The notes beneath the pieces were generated by a model. It was not told where the DNA came from, ran no database searches, and worked only from the letters and a program-made list of their open reading frames with translations. From assembly GCA_050084985.1 (NCBI GenBank), contig JBITNC010000001.1, forward strand, positions 138,508,001 to 138,572,000: 64,000 nt of DNA, written 5' to 3'. Position numbers and translations under genes: made by a program. This document shows positions 54,950-64,000 of the stretch, piece by piece (position 1 is the first letter of the stretch; every line of letters starts with the position of its first letter). Origin of the DNA: Nageia nagi. Taxonomy: Eukaryota; Plantae; Pinophyta.

Positions 54950-55540
54950 CCTAATGAGCATATGATTTTTCCAAAAATTAAGCATCTACAATTCCCCATA
55001 GATGAGCATATGTAAATCTCCATAAACAAGAATCTATAATTCTCCATAGATGAGCATCTGTAATTTGCCATAGATGAGCATTTGTAATTTGCCATAGATG
55101 AGCATCTATAATTCCTCACAAATGAGCATCTTCAATACCACATAGATGAGCATCTATAATATTGCATAGATGAGAATATGCAATGTTGCACATATGAGCA
55201 TCTACAATGCCACATAGATAAGCATATACAATCTCACATAGATGAGCATCTACAATCTCACATAGATGAGCATCTACAATCCCACATAGACAAGTGTCTA
55301 TAATCCCACATAGATGAGCATTTGCAATCCCATACAAATGAGAATTTGTAATCCTATACAAATGAGCATCTATAATATAACAGACATGAGCATCTGTAAT
55401 CTTGCATAGATGAGCATCTACAATATCACATTGATAAGTATGCATAATCACTCATAGATGAGAGTTTGGATCTCTTGGTTATCAAACATCTACAATCCCT
55501 TTCAAATGAGCATCTGCAATCACTCATAGATAAGCATCTT
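54950..55540. repeat. 24-bp minisatellite (~24-25 units) with a palindromic core
   Basis: Consensus CATAGATGAGCATCTRCAATCCCA, in exact 24-nt register from 54997 to 55452. Confidence 0.95.
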
Positions 55541-55661
55541 AGTGAACTTAAAAATTTGAAATGTTAATATATCTGATCGATCTCAAAAACTTTATATATA
55601 GGGTATAATTAGCAATTTCATCGATAATTTTTTTTTTCAAGGCAATTGGTTATGAATATAT

Positions 55662-58600
55662 AGGTAGTATAGGTGGCTATTTGCACTTATCTTTATAAAA
55701 AAATTATAAATATTGGAAAGCTAACTCATAATTTATTTTTATCTTGATAAATTTAGGCTAAATGGTGCAACATCTGAGGTTCAAATTTTTGAAGTATTTA
55801 AACATTAAAAAACCTTATATTAGCCAATTGGCAAATATTCACCACTATGCATAACACTACTATACAACCTCTTTATCTTGTCCATTCAGATTTGGTGGGT
55901 GCATTTCAGACTAAGTTTCTCAAGAGAGCATCTTATATTTTAACCTTCATTGATGAATTTAGTAGGATGACATTTGGTTATATACTTGAGTATAAGGATC
56001 AAATCTTTAACAGGTTAAAAGATTTCAAAGCCTTAGTTGAAAATTAATCTAAATTCAAAATTAAGATGCTAAGATATGAAAAATAGAGGTGAATATAGTA
56101 GCAATGAGTTCAATGTCTATTGTACCAAATACGAGATCAAGAGGTAGTTCATGATCCCTTACATACCTCAATAAAATAAATTTTACAAAAGAAAGAATAA
56201 AACTATTCAATAAATGGTAAGGTGCATGTTGGAAAATATCCCCAATTTCTTATAAGGTAAAATTATGAACACTATGATCTACACTTTGAATAGGTTCCCT
56301 ATGGAATTAGTTGAAGGAAAAATCCTTTATGAGGTATGAATGAGAAAGAAACCTACAGTCGCTCACCTTTAGATTTTTGGCTATGATGCCTATGGCTTAA
56401 TTGTTTCTGAGAAAAGAAAGAAGATGGAAAGGATATTTGAAAAGTGCATCTTCATGGGATATGATTGTCAACATAATGGCTCTAAGCTCTAGTCTCCTTC
56501 TTTTAAAGTAGTGTTCATATTGAGTTATGTAAAGATAAATTAACTTTCTAAGGAATATGCTTCTTATGAGGAATTGAATACTCTTGATGACTCTTTTGTT
56601 GCACCTAACTAGTTAGATATCAATGTAAATAAGTCACCTTAGGGGCAAAATTCTCCAACATAAAATATAACAATAATTATGATCTTAAATAATTTTTTTT
56701 TTCAAAATTTATAGTAAGAATGAGCCCTCATCATTCATGGAAGCTTTGAAGAATGAATACTAGATGGAAGCCATGAAAGTGGAGTATAAGTCTAATTAAA
56801 AATCAAACATGGGACTTGGTTTTCTCTCCCAATGAATGAAATGTGATTGGAAATAAGTGTATTTACAAGGCAAAATATAATTTAGTTGGAGAAATTAACA
56901 AATATAAGGCAAGATATGTAGCTAAGTGTTTCACTCAGAAATATAAATTTGATTATGAGGAAACCTTTGATCCAGTGGTTAAGATGCCCATAATTAGAGT
57001 AATCCTTACTCTCTCAACAACTCAAAGATGGAAAGTTTTTCAACTTGATATCAATAGCACTTTTCTCAACTATGATTTATATGTGGAAATCTATATGAAT
57101 CAACTAGAAGGATTTATTATGAAAGGTAAAGAGTCCCTTGTGTACAAGATAAAGAAGTCCTTGTATGGACTTAAACAAGCATCTAAAGCTTGGTATAAAA
57201 AGCTTTTAGGATACTTTGCAAACATTGGATTCTTTAAGTGATTTTTCAATTTAGATCTATATGTGCTCAAATAGGGATAAGATTTAGTATTGATTCTTGT
57301 TTATGTGGCTGATCTTCTAATCATAGGAAATAATGATGAAAATTAGCTAAGAGTGCATATCCAAATGTAAGGTAATATTTGGAATGATTGATATTTGTCT
57401 CTTGCACTACTACCTTGATATGCAAGTATACCAATACAAATATTGTACTTACCTTATTCAATTTAAGTATATCTCAAAAATGTTACAAAAGTTTGGAATG
57501 AAGGAGTGAAAACTTGTTGTGATCCTAGTATCTCATGGAATCACTTTACTAATTGGAATTCTTATTTATTAAATTATGTCTAGGCCAAATATTTTCTTTG
57601 CAATAAATAATATAGAATGATTTATGTAAAAATTATATGCTGAGCACTTCAATGTTGTTAAGTAAATATTAAGGTATGATGTAGGAATGAAATATCTTAC
57701 TCTTAAATATTCCAAGTTTTTCTCATTTATTCTCATAGGGTACTCAGATTTTAACTATGAGAGAGCTAAAGATGATAGAAAATAAAATTTTGCTTATATG
57801 TTTAGTAATATTATAGGTGCTATCTCTTGGGTTTCTAGAGATGTAGCCTACTACTACTCTCTCCACCATAGAGAAAAAATATCAAGCCATGTCACTCATG
57901 ACCTAGGAAGCCATTTAGTTTAGGCATTTCTTGAAAGAAATTAGGTAAGACCAAACTCACCCATAATAGACTCACTTCTTAAATATATGGAGGGGTGAAC
58001 CATACAAAATAGAATGCCATATTGTTTCAACCTATCACTCATATTGGGTAGCACCTTTCTTTCTCCTATTTTGGATGATACCTAGGAAAGTTGGATGCAC
58101 TTAAAACATTCTGTAATGTGCCCCATCATTTGCCTAGAAAAAGGTTGGTATTGCTAGCCAATAATAATGAGTTGAGGATTCATTCACTTAACAAATGTTT
58201 CCTAGGAGCAATCCATCATGGAGAGCAATGGAGCTAGATTGGATCTGAAGGTGGGATTCATCTTGATGCTTGTACCATTCCAAGGATCTTGAGGCTACTC
58301 TAGGTTCACTTTTAATTAATGGCTAAGTGCCTTGATCACCATAAAAGATTAATTTTATATGATAAATAATTAAATCATAAATGTCTCTTATATACTATGT
58401 CCAATCTATTTCTCAATTCAATATTTCAATTGCAACTAAATATCCATATTAGGTACCTTAATATGTGTTGCTAGTGGGCTCTAGATACGATCTTACATCT
58501 CAATCACAACCATATTTGGATTTTGTACCCTATTAATACAAATATAAGAGTTAGGATGGGGAAAAAATGATTTCTCTCCAATATTGGGTTGGATTATTAT

Positions 58601-58927
58601 CAGAGATCATTGGAACTATGCTTTACGTGAGTTCACTCTATCAATCCATGGAACACATTGAGAAGCACTCCTTAGGGTGGTCATTATCCGAGCAAAACAA
58701 ATCAGCTTCTCTAATGTTCATAGGGATAGCTACTTTACTCTACATTACATATGAAATGTTATGGGCAATAAGAGCTATGAGGATTTCCATGGGTCTCATT
58801 ACGAACTTGAATAGATCAATTCTCATTAAATAATATTGTTCAACAAACAAGAGTTTGAATTTGACCATGTGAAATGGTATGACACATAATTGAATCCATC
58901 TAACTTGCCAAGGCAATCCATACAAAA
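55662..58927 (+). repeat. Direct segmental duplicate of window positions 1-3327
   Basis: ggtggctatttgcacttatctttataaaaaaattata occurs at ~10 and ~55672, and the match is colinear to aggcaatccatacaa. Confidence 0.95.
55820..57955 (+). mobile_element. Degenerate Ty1/copia pol relic (integrase-RT-RNase H), copy 2
   Basis: ORF 55847 LVHSDLVGAFQ..FIDEFSR; ORF 56843 KYKARYVAK..DYEETFDPV..FQLDINSTFLN..SLYGLKQASKAWY. Confidence 0.96.
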
Positions 58928-60879
58928 TTTGAAAATAAGAGGGAAAAATGAGTTCAATATCCTTTAGTGGTACTTCATTATAGAAATTACACTTTATGAC
59001 AATTATTTCGAGCAAATGAATGGATTATGGATCTATAAAAATTATCATTATACCTTATTACCATAAAAACTACACCTATTATTATAGATATTTATAGCTT
59101 TAGCCTTGTTAGAGAAGTAAACCATGGTTGTTTTATTATTTTGTAAACAAACATGAATTTATGACCTTTATAGTATGGAGAAAGGTAACATAAAGCATGA
59201 GTTAATGTGATAAATAATTCTTTTTCCAAGTTAAGGATATTATTTTTTTTAATATAATTATTTATAATAGATTGTTGTAAAATTATAGACAAAATGGTGA
59301 AATCATAGTTGTTTTTAAGTTAGTAAAATATTAATAAATATTTACAAGGCATCTATAAAAGAAATTATTGTGAGAATTTTATCGAACTTATTTTTCAATA
59401 GGTAATAGTTAGTTAATAGTCATATCTCTTTGAATTGATCTTGCAAGTGATGTATGCCATTGTGAATCATAAAATCTAACTCTATGATCAAGGAAAGGAG
59501 GAAGCTTTAGAGGAAGAGTGAAACCTCTGGAGATCACAAATAGAGTATAAATTAGTTGATTATGGCATTCTTGCATGAAATTGATTGATAGAAAAGGAAT
59601 GCATGGATGAGACATGGTGCATTTAGGGTAGGATGTATTATGGTAATAAGAATAGTGTCTTGATCCTTAATTGCTCAAAAACCTTTCTTAGTACTCATGA
59701 CCAATATTTATTGGATCCTTAGGATGATTGTGAAAAAAGAGGCTAGCATACACTAATCAAATGAAGATGAATTGAAGACCCTATATGATACAATAATACA
59801 CAAATGAACATTCTACACATTGATGGAATTAATATGTTGTATTAAGCCTTATGTAATACATGGTGTATATCATAAAATCATTTTATTAATACTTTAATTA
59901 TGTATGATAAGGAAAAAGAGGAGGCTATTGTTATATAGATCTATGAAAATAAATATAGGAACAAAGATAACCTATTTTTCTACAAGATAAGTATTTATGG
60001 TAAAAACCTAAGTATGATTTAATGTTTATGTTTTTAAAGGGATATAAATAATTTATAAGGTTATTTGAAATAAGTGATGTTTTAAAAATGATGCAAAAAT
60101 CATAATGTGCATAATATTATTACTTATTTAAAAATTATGATAGGGTTAGTTTGACAAGAGAATTGGTCTAGAGAAATGGTAAGCCTAGAAACAAAATAAT
60201 AAATCAAAATAAGAATTAAAAGGATGATAAAAGAATTTGGGTGTGAAGATTTAATAATAACATGGATATTTTAGTGATCATGATGATTACACTCTAGCAT
60301 GAAACTAGTTAGGAAACATTCAAATGTGATGATAAATAGCAATCAAAGGATTAAGATCATAGAGCAAACATAGGTTCAAGATTGGGTAAGTAAAAGATTT
60401 AATGAGCCACTAAACCCAACATAATGATTATAGGTTGAATAATTACTTTAAAATGCAAATTACTATACTCATTATGAAAGGAAAATGCTACTTAAGTAAA
60501 AACTAAAGCATGATCATCATGGGAAACTATACTTAAGTAGGTGGATTTGTGTGGTGAACATACCCTAGTACTTAACTAAGGATGATGATATCTAGGTATA
60601 CTACAAAGAAATAAAATATATTATCAATGTGGGATATGTGTTGTATTGTTATTGACCCTCATATAAGAATTACTTATGAAAAAAGGGTATGAAAATTTAG
60701 GGTTTAGTATAGTGGGATAGTGTAACAACATCAAATATATTAATTGTATTTAAAACTATACATGTTATATCTAATTACCATTTATCCTAAATGCTCATTG
60801 TTTGATGGTCTTCACCATTGAAAATATCATTAGATTTCATTAAAAAATAAAAAAATATGACTTAAACAAATTCTAAGTA

Positions 60880-61395
60880 TAATCATACATGCCTTGTTTT
60901 ACAACATGCTTGAGCTCATTCACTATTGGGAAAGGTGTAGTAGAATTTACCTTTACTTATTATTAGCCTAATTTATAAGTGAGTATGTTAAGAACCCTTT
61001 GAGGTTGAGAGATATGCTATTCTAACTAAAACTTCAATGGTCATAGGAAACTAAGGAAAATGTATTGAGCTCAAAACTTAGCTTTATGTTAGTTAGCTTT
61101 AGTCCTTCAGTAACTGCAAAAATTCCAATTACAAATGGACATCACAATTAACATATGAAATGTGAGTTTGGCCTTTTGTTATATAGGGGATATAAAATGA
61201 CTAATATTATAACTTAAGAAATATTTTCTTCTTTTCTCACAAGCTCCAAAAGATTTCTTACCTTCTATTGAGCTCTTCTAAATGTAGGTAATAAAATAAT
61301 AGTCTCCTTATTACAATATGAGCCTAAATGGATCAAATCAATAAGAATATGCATAATAGATTGATTTTGAATATCAATCACACCTTCATTGTTGG
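60880..61395 (-). pseudogene. Inverted copy of the PUB/ARM 3' fragment
   Basis: Reverse complement of ~33060-33600. Confidence 0.8.
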
Positions 61396-62560
61396 ATTAT
61401 TTTATTATTAAATAATATTTAACAACATTTTTACTACTAATTTAACAAAAAAGGGAAAATAAAATAATCACAAATCCAAAACATACAAATAAGAGTAAAA
61501 TTTAATGAGGTTCACCCAAAGTAGACTACATATGTATAGAAAATATCAATCCTATTTCAATTCCTTCTCTAAGCAATAAAGATATACATCAGCAACACAA
61601 CCATGCTATAATCCTCCTCTTTAGTACAATACAACCTGACTATAACAATATCTCACTCTTCAATAATATCTAAAACACAAACTATAGTGTAATTTAACAT
61701 CAAGGCAATCAATGCTAAGAATCAAAACCTTCCCACAACCATGCACAACACATTGAGGAATATTTCCTTAGACTATATGAATACCTTACAAAAAGTATAA
61801 TGTACATAAAACTATAATATTTTTGCATAATTGTAAGAAGATCCCATCTCAATTTATAATTTGATCTATTTCATATACTTCTAAGTTATATTTAATATCA
61901 TCTCATATCTCATATAGGCACAATCCCATCATAGCTTGGATGAATGCTATGTATCACCAATTTTCTTTCCTCGCTCTTGATAATATAGTTTTATTGTTTT
62001 ATTTTTTTTGTCAATACCTATGGTTTTCAACCCTAGCGCTTGGATGATACTCTTCAGTCCCATTGACCTATTTTTTATCACTCATGGATATTAAAATAGA
62101 TTTCTATTTCTATTTATTTTCTCTTACACTACCATTACAAACATCAAATATACCAAAGAACAAAGATTACATACCATATATAAATTAGTTGGCAAGAAAT
62201 GAATTTATTTTCCTTGTATCTTAATATTTATAAGAGGAATAAATTATAAGAATGTGAGATAGTCCTTTATTTTCTTTTGTGTTAGATGAAATCACAAATC
62301 ATAATTTGGCTAAGTACCTTATATTATATGGTACATTTTTGGATTCAAAAGGAGTGGAACCACCATTTTTATAGTTAATAAACTTTTCAATATTTATATT
62401 GGAAAATAAAAAATATCAAATGATGCAATTAATAATTTAAAATATGAAAGGGGACTTTTAAGTGATGGTTTGGTAGCAGTTTCTATAGATTTGCATCATT
62501 AATGGTTGGAAATTAAAATATATTTATAACACTTTTAAAAATAGATTTACCAAAATTAAT

Positions 62561-62882
62561 TGATATGAGAGAAATATAATGTTCTTCTATATTCATAAAA
62601 ATGGGTTACATATTTATAGGCTTTGTAAGCCATTACAAGACAAGCTAAATGGTTGAGATGCAACATTCTCACACCATAACAAATATCACAAATAGCACAC
62701 CTACATGAACTTCAAGATAATAAGTGATGCCTACCCTAACAAATAGGCTAAGTATGGAATATGGTCAATATAGACCAAATATTTCTCACAAGCTAATATT
62801 AATACTTTAGGAAATACTCTTAGTCCTAATTAATTAATCTACTAACTTAGGACTTAGGGATATGTAGGGTATAATTCCAACA
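62561..62882 (-). mobile_element. Short (~320 bp) 3' LTR of a minus-strand LTR retroelement
   Basis: On the minus strand the PPT AAAGGGGAGAA (62893-62883) is directly followed by TGTTGGAATT. Contains CCTATAAATATGTA and ends in CA at 62561 or 62566, where homology with the inverted host arm resumes. Confidence 0.85.
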
Positions 62883-62920
62883 TTCTCCCCTTTGATGCTA
62901 AGTAACTCATGCAAGAGTTC

Positions 62921-64000
62921 TTAAGCATTACAAAGTTGGAAAAAACATAACCTTTTTCGTTTCCTCCAATCATACAATAGAAAATCAAAATTTTCAAGAA
63001 ATAAGTGTTGGCACTCATTCCACTCTCTAAGTGGGATCTCCTCCATTGTTGATGTTGCTCCTCCAAGATTGGGTGCTTTTTGGTAACTTGCTCCCCTTTG
63101 AACAAAATTATTTATGGTCTTCAACAACCATATTCTCTCTTCTTCATGGTCCTCAAACCATTCTTGTAGTGGCATTCCATCAATGCTATAAGTATTGGTT
63201 TTCAAGAACCAATCTTTCTCACAATGGTGTTTGAACCATTCTTTCATCTCTCTCTCATTTTTTATATGGTGTTTAAACCATGTTTGCAAGTAGTCATTTG
63301 CTTTTGCATTCATTACATCATAGCATACTCCACATGAGTATGTTCTCATTATTTCACAATAATCATTATACCACACTACTCTCTCACAAATGTCTACACA
63401 CACTTTGAGACAATACATAGCCACACATTGGCTAATTACATATGCAACTTTGAGTTTCTCCTCACACAAAGTTTCACTCAAAAAATCACACCTTACTAAG
63501 ATTTTACATTCTTCATTTGAATCCACATGACCCAAGTTTTTCATCAATGTCTTCTCCCAAGGAAGACTCTTCAATGTTGTCTCCATGATGCAATCCTCAA
63601 GAAATGCCTTGATAAGACATTCTCCTCCATTCTCCATAGCATTCAAGCTATCCTTCACACATGTAATCAGCAAACATTCATTAGTAGCATTATCAAATAA
63701 GTCAAAAAATAAGAAAATCATTTCCTCTAATGATGTTTTGGTGAGTAGATATCCACATTAATCTTTCCTTTGATGTTGCTTTTAAAGCAATCATTTCTTC
63801 ATTCATGATAAGGAATTCCCATGGTTCCTCTTTGCATATTGTTGCCTTTATAAGATAACTCTCAAGATCTTTTGATACCTCCATTTCACCATGAAGTCCA
63901 TCAATGGCTATCTCATTATCTTCTATCTCCTCCTTGAGATAGTCATCTTCATTTTCTTCTTTTTCTTCTTCACAAGTACTATCTCACTATTCTTTCTCTC
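62921..64000 (-). CDS. Unknown ORF of the LTR element (one frameshift near 63710; continues beyond the window)
   Basis: ORFs 63702-63884 and 62921-63721 join across a T-run. Acidic then Cys/Trp/His-rich, with (E/T)WF(K/E)(H/D)H repeats. Ends ~30 nt before the PPT. No RT/RNase H motifs. Confidence 0.55.

Noticed and set aside
54950-55540. CRISPR-like look of the palindromic 24-bp array
   Set aside because: The variable parts are only ~10 nt and related to each other, there are no unique spacers or cas genes, and the context is eukaryotic. It is a minisatellite.
59420-59800. Coding-looking stretch (..KRNAWMRHGAF..) and recurring ORF MSHPCIPFLSINF
   Set aside because: The recurrence is explained by segmental duplication. 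Multiple stops and no recognisable domain.
1-64000. Most short ORFs (60-100 aa) in the six-frame track
   Set aside because: They are Ile/Phe/Tyr/Lys-rich products of AT-rich sequence, antisense shadows, or fragments of the decayed elements already listed.

Overview
AT-rich eukaryotic nuclear DNA, most likely a large-genome land plant. A gymnosperm is my inference, based on the transposon families present and heavy CG/CHG deamination decay. It is not prokaryotic: I found no CRISPR, rRNA or tRNA genes. Three 100-N scaffold gaps (3328-3427, 25388-25487, 40510-40609) split the window into four contigs. I found no intact host gene. Host remnants are two DUF241/BPS1-like pseudogenes and a PUB13-like ARM-repeat pseudogene with further 3' fragments, apparently a decaying tandem array. 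The rest is nested, decayed transposons: four copies of one Ty1/copia pol relic fused to an L1-like relic, a non-autonomous Ty3/gypsy element, an RTE/RTEX-like LINE, a PIF1-helicase (Helitron-like) fragment, a ZNF862-like hAT transposase, a ~920-bp TIR element with an apparent 4-bp target duplication, a tandemly duplicated retroelement extra ORF, and a younger short-LTR element at the right end. The locus has been reshaped by direct, tandem and apparently inverted segmental duplications. The best leads are: (i) two LTR elements of different type in which a non-enzymatic, repetitive reading frame occupies the position of RT/RNase H/integrase; (ii) a 24-bp array with a palindromic core upstream of the hAT transposase; (iii) the TIR element with a T-N-A-A target duplication; (iv) a nonsense codon shared by both DUF241 paralogs. 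All coordinates and identities were read by eye and are approximate unless stated as exact.
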